A stretch of 64,000 bases of DNA from Dongia deserti. GTDB taxonomy: Bacteria > Pseudomonadota > Alphaproteobacteria > Dongiales > Dongiaceae. The stretch is from the NCBI RefSeq assembly GCF_003574735.1, contig NZ_QORW01000006.1, positions 42,887 through 106,886 on the forward strand, written 5' to 3'. Shown here in pieces: positions 38,270-46,805 of this stretch (position 1 is its first letter; each line of letters starts with the position of its first letter). The notes beneath the pieces were generated by a model, which saw nothing but the letters and a program-made list of their open reading frames with translations, made no database searches and had not been told where the DNA came from. The translations under genes were made by a program, and so were the position numbers.

Positions 38270-40588
38270 ATGAAGCAGATCGAAGTGCGGCTGGCGGTCG
38301 TGCTCTATGGCGGCGTCTCGCTGGCGGTTTATATCCATGGCGTGACGCGCGAGATCCTGAATCTGGTGCGCGCGTCGAAACAGTTTCGCGCCGGGCGCGG
38401 CGCCACCCCGCCCGCCGGTGATTCCACCGCGATCTATCACGAGCTGTTTCGCAAGCTGTCGCCGGAACTCGACCTCCGGGTGGTCGTCGATCTGATCTCC
38501 GGCGCGTCCGCCGGCGGCATCAACGGCGTGATGCTGGCGAAAGCCCTGGCGCACGATCTGCCCTTGGAGCCGCACCGGGAACTCTGGCTGAAGAATGCCG
38601 ACGTCACCAGCCTCGCGGCGCCAGGCAGCCCGATCAGCCGCCTGACCAAGGCGGCGATGGCGCCGTTGTTCGACCAGTTCCTGGCCCGCCGCTTCGGGCA
38701 GCAGGTCGCGGATCCCGAGACGCGGGCCAAGCTGCGCCAGTTCGTTCAGGCGCAATGGTTCACGCCACCTTTCTCTGGCGAGCGGTTCAGCGGCTGGATC
38801 CTCGACGCCTGCGACGCGATGGAGCAGCAGGCGTCGCCGAACGGCACGCTGCTGCCACCCGGTCATCGCCTGGATCTGTTCGTGACCTTGACCGACTATC
38901 GCGGCCACCGTCATCGCATCCAGTTGCATGATCCGCCCTCGGTCGATGAGACCGAGCACCGTCGGATCGTCTCCTTCACCTGCCGCCGCGCCTTGTCGGG
39001 CGAGATCGTCAGCGAGTTCACACGGGACGACGTGCCATCCCTGGTGTTTGCAGCCAGGGCGACCGCGTCTTTTCCGGGCGCATTTCCGCCGGCGACCATC
39101 GCGGAAATGGACCGCATCCTGGCGGGGCGAAGCCGCGACTGGCCCACCCGCCGGGATTTCATCACCAAGAAGCTCGCGATCGATGATCCGCATGGGAAAG
39201 CGAACGCCGGTGGCTACTTCATCGACGGCAGCGTGGTGATGAACAAGCCGTTCTCTCCCGTGATCCACGCGCTTGGCAACCGGCCGGCCAGCCGGGAGGT
39301 GGTACGCCGCATTATCTATGTCGATCCCAATCCTCATCGCGAGGCCGTGCAGCGCGGCGATCAGGGAACGCCGGGCTTCTTCCGCACCATCCTGACAGCG
39401 ATGGCGCTGATCCCGCGCAACGAGCCGATCGCCGACGACCTGATGGCGATCCAGGAATGGAACGAACGCGCGCGCCGCATGGCGGAGATCCTAGCCGCCG
39501 CCGATCCCCAAGTGGAAAAGCTGGTGGACGAGATCGTCGATGCCGATCCGGAAAACCCGCCTACCATCGACGAGATCGGCCGTTATCGCAGCGCGGCGAA
39601 CGAAAAGACGCATGCCGGCGCCGGTTTTGCCTATCTCAGCTATCAGACACTGAAACTACGGCGGGTGATCGAACGCCTATCCGCATTGATCGCGGCGCTG
39701 GCCAAAGCGGGCGGCGCGGAAGCGGACGCCGCGCAGGTCGAACGGCTGCTGGACCGGATGGTGGCGCCCAACGAGGATGGCGGGACGGCGCGCCTCGTCC
39801 CCTTCCTTCGCATGTTCGACCTCGACTTCCGGGTGCGGCGCATCCGTTTCGTGATCCGCCGGCTGAACGAGCTCTACCGCACGATGGAGCAAGCAGGGCT
39901 GCGTATCGAATCCGGCGCCATCGACGAATTGAAGGGCGCACTCTACGAGGTGATGGACAGGCTGACGCGGCGGTGGGACACGCCCTGTCACGGGCCGGAG
40001 TCCGCTGCCTCTGCGATGCACATCGCCCAAGCGGCCGCTGCCTATGAGACGCCGACGCTGGAGCTGTTCGGGGCGCTGGAACGGTCGATGGGCCTCATCC
40101 AGATCGATCGCGACCTCGATGAGATCATTTCGCTCATGGGCCTCAACTACCTGCCGCCGATGGCGCGACGCGCGGTCACCATGTCCTACGTGGGCTTTGC
40201 CTTCTACGATCTCATCACCTTTCCGATCCTGCAATGGACCGACATGGACGAGATCAACGAGGTTCTGGTCGACCGGATCAGCCCTGCCGACGCCCATGGA
40301 TTGGGGCCAGAGAAAATCATGCTCAAGGGCACGGCGCTGATGAGCTTCGGCGCCTTCTTCAACCGCACCTGGCGCGAGCACGACTATCTGTGGGGCAGGC
40401 TCAATGCCGCGGATCGCTGCGTCGACGTGCTCATCTCGGCGCTTGGCGCGCGCCTCACCCAACCGATCGATGCCGACCGGCTGCGCGCCGATCTGTTCCG
40501 CGCCATCCTGGACTCGGAGGGACTCCATTTGACAGCCGATCCCGGTCTGATTGCCGGGATCAGGGACAAGCTGGCTCGCGAGAGCTAG
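38270..40588 (+). CDS. patatin-like phospholipase family protein (large form, with C-terminal DUF3376-like region)
   Basis: Oxyanion motif LYGGVSLAVYIHG, lipase serine motif GASAGGINGV (GxSxG), and a catalytic Asp region (DGSVVMNKPF). Confidence 0.8.
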   Translation: MKQIEVRLAVVLYGGVSLAVYIHGVTREILNLVRASKQFRAGRGATPPAGDSTAIYHELFRKLSPELDLRVVVDLISGASAGGINGVMLAKALAHDLPLEPHRELWLKNADVTSLAAPGSPISRLTKAAMAPLFDQFLARRFGQQVADPETRAKLRQFVQAQWFTPPFSGERFSGWILDACDAMEQQASPNGTLLPPGHRLDLFVTLTDYRGHRHRIQLHDPPSVDETEHRRIVSFTCRRALSGEIVSEFTRDDVPSLVFAARATASFPGAFPPATIAEMDRILAGRSRDWPTRRDFITKKLAIDDPHGKANAGGYFIDGSVVMNKPFSPVIHALGNRPASREVVRRIIYVDPNPHREAVQRGDQGTPGFFRTILTAMALIPRNEPIADDLMAIQEWNERARRMAEILAAADPQVEKLVDEIVDADPENPPTIDEIGRYRSAANEKTHAGAGFAYLSYQTLKLRRVIERLSALIAALAKAGGAEADAAQVERLLDRMVAPNEDGGTARLVPFLRMFDLDFRVRRIRFVIRRLNELYRTMEQAGLRIESGAIDELKGALYEVMDRLTRRWDTPCHGPESAASAMHIAQAAAAYETPTLELFGALERSMGLIQIDRDLDEIISLMGLNYLPPMARRAVTMSYVGFAFYDLITFPILQWTDMDEINEVLVDRISPADAHGLGPEKIMLKGTALMSFGAFFNRTWREHDYLWGRLNAADRCVDVLISALGARLTQPIDADRLRADLFRAILDSEGLHLTADPGLIAGIRDKLARES

Positions 40589-40653
40589 CTGCTACGCACG
40601 CGAATTGTTCGGATCATGCGACGTTGGCCCAACGCGTCAGTCCCTGTGGCGCA

Positions 40654-40746
40654 TCAGCCGACGATGATGGCGACCAGAATCGCGACGACTATCGCCGTCA
40701 CGAACAGGACGAAACTACCAGGCTCCTGGGTGCGTGCGGGCTTCAT
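40654..40746 (-). CDS. possible 30-aa hydrophobic peptide (KdpF-like?) downstream of kdpE
   Basis: MKPARTQEPGSFVLFVTAIVVAILVAIIVG is one predicted TM helix, 31 bp after the kdpE stop. Confidence 0.2.
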   Translation of the reverse strand: MKPARTQEPGSFVLFVTAIVVAILVAIIVG

Positions 40747-40777
40747 GGCTGCGCCTCCGGTGCCGGAATGATGTGGG

Positions 40778-41488
40778 TCATGACCTTGCCTCCGCTGGAT
40801 CGTCTTCGGCGCGCAAACGGTATCCCACGCCGGGCTCGGTGAGCACGATGGCGGGAACACGCGGGTCGGCCTCGATCTTCTGCCTGAGCTGCCCGACCAG
40901 GACGCGCAATACCTGGCTGTCCCGCATCTCATTGGGGCCCCAAACGAAGGACAGCAGCTGATTATGCGTCACGACCTGGCCGGCATGCATGATGAGGATG
41001 CGTAGCAGGTCGAATTCCTTGGGTGTCAGGCGCACGTCCTTGCCGCGGACGATGACCCTTCGCCCCGACACATCGACACTCAGGTCGCTCGCCCGGTACA
41101 CGGCATTGGCGCTGTCCCGCTGGCGCTGCAGCCGCAAGGCCACGCGAATGCGCGCCAGCAACTCGCCCACGCCGAACGGCTTGTTGACATAGTCGCTGGC
41201 GCCCGCATCCAGGGCGGCAATCTTTTCGCCTTCCATGTGGCGCGCCGACAGGATCACGATGGGGACCTCCGACCACTGGCGCACAATGCCGATCACCTCT
41301 TTGCCGTCCATATCGGGCAAGCCGAGGTCGAGGATGACGGCGTCGATGAGCTCTCTCCGGATCGTCTCGATGGCCTCGGCTCCAGTTGCCGCTGTCAGGA
41401 CGGTATAGCCGGCGGCGCTGATCGACAGCCGGAGCGCCTTCAGGATCTGCGGCTCATCATCGACCAGGAGGATGCGCTGGGCGGCCAT
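40778..41488 (-). CDS. kdpE: OmpR-family response regulator KdpE
   Basis: Close to E. coli KdpE across the receiver and DNA-binding domains (IVRQWSEVPIVILSARHMEGEKIAALDAGASDYVNKPFGVGELLARIRVALR). Confidence 0.8.
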   Translation of the reverse strand: MAAQRILLVDDEPQILKALRLSISAAGYTVLTAATGAEAIETIRRELIDAVILDLGLPDMDGKEVIGIVRQWSEVPIVILSARHMEGEKIAALDAGASDYVNKPFGVGELLARIRVALRLQRQRDSANAVYRASDLSVDVSGRRVIVRGKDVRLTPKEFDLLRILIMHAGQVVTHNQLLSFVWGPNEMRDSQVLRVLVGQLRQKIEADPRVPAIVLTEPGVGYRLRAEDDPAEARS

Positions 41489-41497
41489 CCGTCGATC

Positions 41498-43045
41498 TCA
41501 CGGGCGCTTCAGCCGCAGATGGATGGCCGTTCCGTGGCCGTCCGTGATGGGGCTCCTGGCATGGATCTGCCCGCCCATGGCCTCGATCAATCCCCGGCAG
41601 ATCGACAGGCCGAGGCCGGTCCCCTGCACGCGGCAGCGATCTGCGGAGACACGATAGAACTTGTCGAACACGCGTTCCAGGTCGGCTTCCGGTATTCCGA
41701 TGCCCTCGTCGGTGATCACGATCTCGGCATGCGTGGCGTCCGCATGCACGGATATCTCGATCCTGGAATCGGCGGGGCTGTACTGCATGGCATTGTCCAG
41801 GACGTTGAAGATCGCCTGCTCCAGCAGCACGGGATCCGCCTCCACCAGGCAGGTCTCGCTGGGAAATGCTCGCTTGACCCAGCCCTCGGCACCACGCGCG
41901 CCATAGCGGCGGGTCGCCGCCGCTATGATGTCGATCGGGTCGGTTTCTTCCAGCCGTACGACGATGGCCCCGGATTCGAGCTTGATCATGTCCAACAGGT
42001 TGGCGACGTAGCGGTTGATCCGTTCCGCCTGGTCCCGGATGTCGACCAGCAGCTCGCGCGCCATCGACCGCTCGATGTGGTCGCCATGCTCCAGGAGCCC
42101 GGTGGCGGAAGCCAGGATGCCTGCCAGAGGGGTCCGGAAATCGTGACTGATCGAGGAGAGCAGCGCGGTGCGCAGGCGGTCCGTCTCCGCCAGGATCTTG
42201 GTCTTGGTTATTTCCTCCATGAGGAATACGCGCTCCAGCGCCACGGCGCCGAGCTCGCAGAACACCGCGATCGTCTGCTCGTCCATCGACCGTCCGCCGT
42301 CGCTCGACGGATTATTGCGCCAGACCAGCAGGCCGATCGGCCGCCGCAACGCGCCGAGCGGGTGGGCGATGAGGCCGGATTGGCGAGAGTTCTGCAGATC
42401 GATGCGTCCCGCATGGCGCAGGCTGCTCCAGGCCGCATCGGCGAAGGCGATCGTCGCCTGGTCCGCATGCGCTCGCGCCGGACCCCGCGCCGCCCACGCG
42501 ATGGTCTCATCCATGCGGATGAACACATCGGCCGGTGCGCCGGTCGCGGCCGAGACCTGGTTGGCGAGAATTGTGGTGATTTCGCCCTGGTCGGACGATT
42601 TCGCCAATTCGCGGCTGGCGTCGAACAGCATGCCGATGGTTGCTGCTCGGTCGGCCATGGCCCGCGCCTGATCGCGCACGCGCCCCGCTAGGCCGCCGGT
42701 CAGCAAGGCGACCGCCAGGAAGACCGCGATCGTCAGCGTATCGCTGAGCGGCGCGAAGCTGAAACGGAACCGCGGTTCGACGGTGAGGAAGTTGTATGCA
42801 AGAAAGGCGAGAAGGGCAGACAGGATCGCGACGTTGCGGCCGTGAATGACGCAGGCGACCAGCACCGCCAGCAGGAAAACCATCGACAAGCTCTCGTCGG
42901 GGATGAAGCCCTTCAGCGCCCATGAAATGCCGGTTGCAACCGCAACCGCGCCCAGCGGCACCAGGAACGGCGCGGCATCGCGCATTCGTGTCTGCAAGTC
43001 GCCTGCGAGCGCGAGCGCGCGTGAGATGGAAGCGTTGGTCAACAT
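41498..43045 (-). CDS. kdpD: KdpD-type sensor histidine kinase lacking the N-terminal KdpD/Usp cytoplasmic domains
   Basis: A 515-aa protein that begins with the 4-TM segment, then a GAF-like linker. The HisKA/HATPase region is highly KdpD-like (ALLSSISHDFRTPL, NLLDMIKLESG, GTGLGLSICRGLIEAMGG). No upstream ORF supplies the missing roughly 380 aa. Confidence 0.7.
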   Translation of the reverse strand: MLTNASISRALALAGDLQTRMRDAAPFLVPLGAVAVATGISWALKGFIPDESLSMVFLLAVLVACVIHGRNVAILSALLAFLAYNFLTVEPRFRFSFAPLSDTLTIAVFLAVALLTGGLAGRVRDQARAMADRAATIGMLFDASRELAKSSDQGEITTILANQVSAATGAPADVFIRMDETIAWAARGPARAHADQATIAFADAAWSSLRHAGRIDLQNSRQSGLIAHPLGALRRPIGLLVWRNNPSSDGGRSMDEQTIAVFCELGAVALERVFLMEEITKTKILAETDRLRTALLSSISHDFRTPLAGILASATGLLEHGDHIERSMARELLVDIRDQAERINRYVANLLDMIKLESGAIVVRLEETDPIDIIAAATRRYGARGAEGWVKRAFPSETCLVEADPVLLEQAIFNVLDNAMQYSPADSRIEISVHADATHAEIVITDEGIGIPEADLERVFDKFYRVSADRCRVQGTGLGLSICRGLIEAMGGQIHARSPITDGHGTAIHLRLKRP

Positions 43046-43419
43046 GCTCAGAACCCCGATGCGGCGTTAGAAAGCGCACGTTCCGGCGGCACTATACGAT
43101 CTTCGCGGGGGTATGTTGCGGAAAACCGAACGGGCGCCGGAACGCGCCGAGTTTCTCCAGTGCTTTCTTTTTCTGCCGGACCGTGGAACAGTTTCTGCCC
43201 TCGTCCCACGGGGCATTGCGGGTAGCCGCGCTGCCTATGAGATGATATTGCGCTTGCACACGCTCGCAACTAACAAGTCCGCCATAAGAAACTTATAAGT
43301 TGCTTATGCTGCGTTCCTTCCTTGAACCGGTGGCGCGGCCGGGCGATGAGTCAAGCTCACGCGCGGCGCACTGAGCGCGGGTTGCAGCCATCCCGGCATG
43401 CCTCCACGGTGCGTCGAAC

Positions 43420-43466
43420 GGCTCCGGCCCGAAAGAAACCCACCGTCCTCTTTCGGTGCCGGAGCC
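43420..43466. terminator. long imperfect hairpin (17-bp interrupted stem) just 3' of the esterase gene, candidate bidirectional terminator
   Basis: GGCTCCGGCCCGAAAGA...TCTTTCGGTGCCGGAGCC, flanked by an A-run and ATTTT. Confidence 0.35.
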
Positions 43467-43478
43467 GATTTTCTCCAG

Positions 43479-44495
43479 CTATTGCTTGCGCAGCGCTCGC
43501 TCCAGAAACGGCAGCGACTTGTCCATCCGGTAGTCGACCGCGGTGTGATCGTCCGGAAACTCCTCGTAGACGTGCGCGATGCCCAACCGCTCCAGCGCAC
43601 GATGCAGGCGGCGCGCGCCGTAGTGCAATGTGTACTGGTCGTGATCGCCGCAATCGATGTAGATGCCCTTCAGCCGCCGGAGGTGGTCGGCATATTTGTC
43701 GGCGGTTAGAGCGGGATCCCAGGCCAGCCAGTTCTTCCAACGCTCCGGGATCACTTCGGCGGTGTAGAGGTCGACCGGCATCCGGATGCCGAGGAAGCAG
43801 CTGGGGTCGGGGTCATAGCTGGCCGACATCGCGAGCAGATTGATGACCGCGATCTCATCCTCGGTCGGCTTGGGCGCCACCTCGAAGTGCGCTATGAACT
43901 TCTCGATCGACCGTCCGTGCTTGGCGAGCTCGTTCAGCACCTTCGGAACGTCGTGAAGATAGCACATCTCGAAGCCCATATCGCCGGAATGGCACGCGAT
44001 CGCCGCCCAGAAATCCCCGTGACGCAGGCCGTGGGTGATGGCGCCAAAGCCGCCGGAGGACTTGCCGAAGATCGCGCGGTTGTCGGGACCGCCGCACGAA
44101 AAGCGGCCTTCGACGAAGGGCACGATCTCCTGGATCAGGTAATCTTCGTAGCGGCCGATGGCGGCGGAATTGATGTACTGATTGCCGCCCAGCCGCGAAT
44201 AGCAGTCGGGGAAGGCGACGACGACCGGCCCCATCTTGCCTTCACCGATCAGGCGGTCGAGCCGCTCCGGCACGTTCTCCGTGAAGGACTTCCAGTTGGT
44301 GTGTCCCAGCCCCGAGCCGGTGAAGCCGACCACGTCCATCAGCAGCGGTAAACGTGCGCTCGCCGAATAGCCATGCGGCGTATAGACATGGAGCTCACGT
44401 TCGGTCGGGTCACCGAGCAGGTTGCCGCCCAGCACCTCGCTGGTGTGGATCAACCGGTGCACTTGCCCCCGGGGAACGGTCCGGTTTCTGCGCAT
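43479..44495 (-). CDS. esterase family alpha/beta hydrolase (putative esterase/esterase D-like)
   Basis: Start at the internal Met (MRRNRTVPRG) with a GGGAGG Shine-Dalgarno; the track ORF runs to 44822. Nucleophile elbow GKSSGG. The C-terminal His region is conserved. Confidence 0.7.
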   Translation of the reverse strand: MRRNRTVPRGQVHRLIHTSEVLGGNLLGDPTERELHVYTPHGYSASARLPLLMDVVGFTGSGLGHTNWKSFTENVPERLDRLIGEGKMGPVVVAFPDCYSRLGGNQYINSAAIGRYEDYLIQEIVPFVEGRFSCGGPDNRAIFGKSSGGFGAITHGLRHGDFWAAIACHSGDMGFEMCYLHDVPKVLNELAKHGRSIEKFIAHFEVAPKPTEDEIAVINLLAMSASYDPDPSCFLGIRMPVDLYTAEVIPERWKNWLAWDPALTADKYADHLRRLKGIYIDCGDHDQYTLHYGARRLHRALERLGIAHVYEEFPDDHTAVDYRMDKSLPFLERALRKQ

Positions 44496-44560
44496 ATTTC
44501 CTCCCTCATGCCAGGGTAGCGATGTTGGCGGAGGATGAGGCGAAGCGCCAGAGCCATTGC

Positions 44561-44570
44561 ACCCCCCCCC
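44561..44570. repeat. homopolymeric tract A-C9
   Basis: Seen in sequence at 44561-44570, in the 130-bp divergent promoter region between the esterase and the membrane-protein gene. Confidence 0.8.
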
Positions 44571-44624
44571 GTTGTGAATGCCAGACGCTTGCATGTGGCG
44601 GCATTTCCGATAGAACGGCAATGC

Positions 44625-45011
44625 ATGACTCAAGCACCTGTTCCCAACAGCTGGACGAAGCGTCGCGCCCTGACCTGGGCGATCGTGCCTCTTCTGGGAT
44701 TCGTCCTGGCCTTCTGGCTGCGCTACGGCATGATCCAGCCTGAAGGGATCGCCATCCTGTGCGGCCAGGCGGATGCGCCGGGGTGGTGCACGCCGCGAGA
44801 ATGGCTGCTCGTTGTGCAGCATTACGAAGTGTGGGGCTGGGTCGCCCTCGCCAGCGCGGTGGTCGCGCTCGTCGTCACGCTGCCGCGGCTGCTGCTGCGC
44901 ATCGTGCTCGCGATCGCGCTGTTGTTCAGCGCGCTGGCGCTGGTGCTCTACAACACCACGCTCGGGGCGCTCGCTCTGGTTCTGACGCTGCTGGCCTTGT
45001 TGCGACGATAA
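44625..45011 (+). CDS. hypothetical membrane protein (3–4 TM)
   Basis: Internal Met MTQAPVPNSW of track ORF 44535..45011. The sequence is hydrophobic. Confidence 0.5.
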   Translation: MTQAPVPNSWTKRRALTWAIVPLLGFVLAFWLRYGMIQPEGIAILCGQADAPGWCTPREWLLVVQHYEVWGWVALASAVVALVVTLPRLLLRIVLAIALLFSALALVLYNTTLGALALVLTLLALLRR

Positions 45012-45107
45012 CTCGCTGCGTTACGCTGCCGCGTGACATTCCGGAAGATCGAGAGAGAATGTCGCGATCGGCGGCGCATATTCGCCGCCGATCGCCTGCT
45101 CGCTTAG

Positions 45108-46706
45108 TTAGCGCTGGCGCCGCCAGCGGCTGACGACCTCGGTCAGGAACTCGACCGGAATGTTGTCCTCGTCCCACGAATCGCTGAATCGCGCCGTGTT
45201 GCTGTGCGGCCGGCAATCGTCCGGCAGCGGATCGAACATGATGCGCAGCGGAACGGGCACGCCTTCGCCGATGGCGATGGCTTCCGCCGCACGCAAGGCC
45301 GGCAGCTCCTCCAGCATGCCGCTGCCCGATTCCGGCATGGCGGCTGCCAGATATTCGCGGTCCTTGTTGTTGGTGATGCGCATCGCAAAGATCGTATTGC
45401 ACTGCGACAGGATATTGCTCGCCAGCTCGGACGGACGTTGCGTCACCAGGCCCAGCGAGACGCCGTATTTGCGGCCTTCCAGCGCGATGCGCGCGATCGC
45501 GCGCTTGGTCGGCTCGAAGCCCAGCTTCTCGTTGCTCGGCGCGTAACGGTGGGCCTCTTCGCAGACCAGCAGCACGGGAACTGCGCGATCGCTCCACAAG
45601 GCGAAGTCGAACGTGAGGCGGCACAGCATCGACACGACGACATTGAGGATTTCAGTCGGAACGCCCGAGGTGTCGAAGATCGTCACCGGCTTGCCGTTGA
45701 CCGGCACGCGGAAGATGCGCGACAGGAGGCGCGTCATCTCGTCCCGCACCATGAGGCCAGGGAACATGAAGGCGTAGCGACGGTCGGCCTGCAGGCTGTT
45801 GAAGCGGTCCTTGATGCGCATGTAGGGCGCCAGCTCCAGCGGTCGCTCGTACTTGCCCATCAGGTCGTCGATGATCCTGGTCACGTCCGACAGGCGATAG
45901 GGGATCGGTGTATCGACGGTGATCGCGAAATCCGGCGTGCTGCCGCTCAGCTTCTTCTTCGCCTCGACGATCACATGATTGAGGATCGCGGCCTCGATCT
46001 CCGGCATGCGGCTGGATTCGCCGATGATCAACTCCTTCATCTCGTCGAAGTTCAGCAGCCAGTACGGCAGTTCGAGATTGGCTGGGCTGATCACATCCGC
46101 CAGCTCGCCAAAGGCCGCGCCGTACTCATTGTGCGGGTCCAAGATCAGGACATGGCCGTGGTGATGTTTGGAAAGGATGCCGCGCACGATCGCCGCGAGC
46201 GCGCAGGACTTGCCCGAGCCCGTGGTGCCCAGCACGGCAAAGTGCTTGCCGAGCAGATCGTCTGTGAAAATGTTGGCCGGGATCGACGGATCCTGGTGCA
46301 CACAGCCGACCCGTACGCCTTCGCGGTCCGTGCGCGTGAAGATCTTGCGCAAATCGTCGCTACCCGCCGCGGAGACGCGATCACCCAGGCGCGGGAACTC
46401 GGAAACGCCGCGCCGGAACCGCGCATCTGCATCGTTCTCCAGGATCTCGCCGATCAGATCGAGGTCCATGATCTGGTTCGGCGGACCGATGATGGCTTGC
46501 TCGGCCGCCGGCGTGCGCAGCCCGATGATGATACCGAACACGCGCGCCTCGCCGACATCGATGCGCACGACCTGTCCAATCTGCGGCGGCACCGGCCCGG
46601 CGAAACCGGAGCCGTCCTCGGCCATATCCAGGACGACGCGCGCACGCGCGCCCTCGATTGCTGCGACAGTGCCAAAGGTGACGACGTGGGCGGCCGCTCC
46701 GTCCAT
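45108..46706 (-). CDS. HerA-like (DUF87) P-loop ATPase
   Basis: An N-terminal HAS-barrel-like region, then Walker A AVLGTTGSGKSCALAAI, Walker B VLLVCEEAHRY and an arginine finger region. Confidence 0.75.
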   Translation of the reverse strand: MDGAAAHVVTFGTVAAIEGARARVVLDMAEDGSGFAGPVPPQIGQVVRIDVGEARVFGIIIGLRTPAAEQAIIGPPNQIMDLDLIGEILENDADARFRRGVSEFPRLGDRVSAAGSDDLRKIFTRTDREGVRVGCVHQDPSIPANIFTDDLLGKHFAVLGTTGSGKSCALAAIVRGILSKHHHGHVLILDPHNEYGAAFGELADVISPANLELPYWLLNFDEMKELIIGESSRMPEIEAAILNHVIVEAKKKLSGSTPDFAITVDTPIPYRLSDVTRIIDDLMGKYERPLELAPYMRIKDRFNSLQADRRYAFMFPGLMVRDEMTRLLSRIFRVPVNGKPVTIFDTSGVPTEILNVVVSMLCRLTFDFALWSDRAVPVLLVCEEAHRYAPSNEKLGFEPTKRAIARIALEGRKYGVSLGLVTQRPSELASNILSQCNTIFAMRITNNKDREYLAAAMPESGSGMLEELPALRAAEAIAIGEGVPVPLRIMFDPLPDDCRPHSNTARFSDSWDEDNIPVEFLTEVVSRWRRQR

Positions 46707-46805
46707 GAATCCGCTCCAAAATGATGGCGATACTGCAGAATTCCGGCGGCAGAGCGTAGCGCCGATATCCTATCCGTATCCTTAAAGGGAGCGGTTAACA
46801 GTGCG

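Noticed and set aside
43113-43843. Small plus-strand ORFs (61 aa, 173 aa) between kdpD and the esterase gene
   Set aside because: They overlap the esterase 3' end and the hairpin region, translate to Arg/Pro/Ala-rich sequence, and show no start context. The region is better explained as terminator and promoter DNA.
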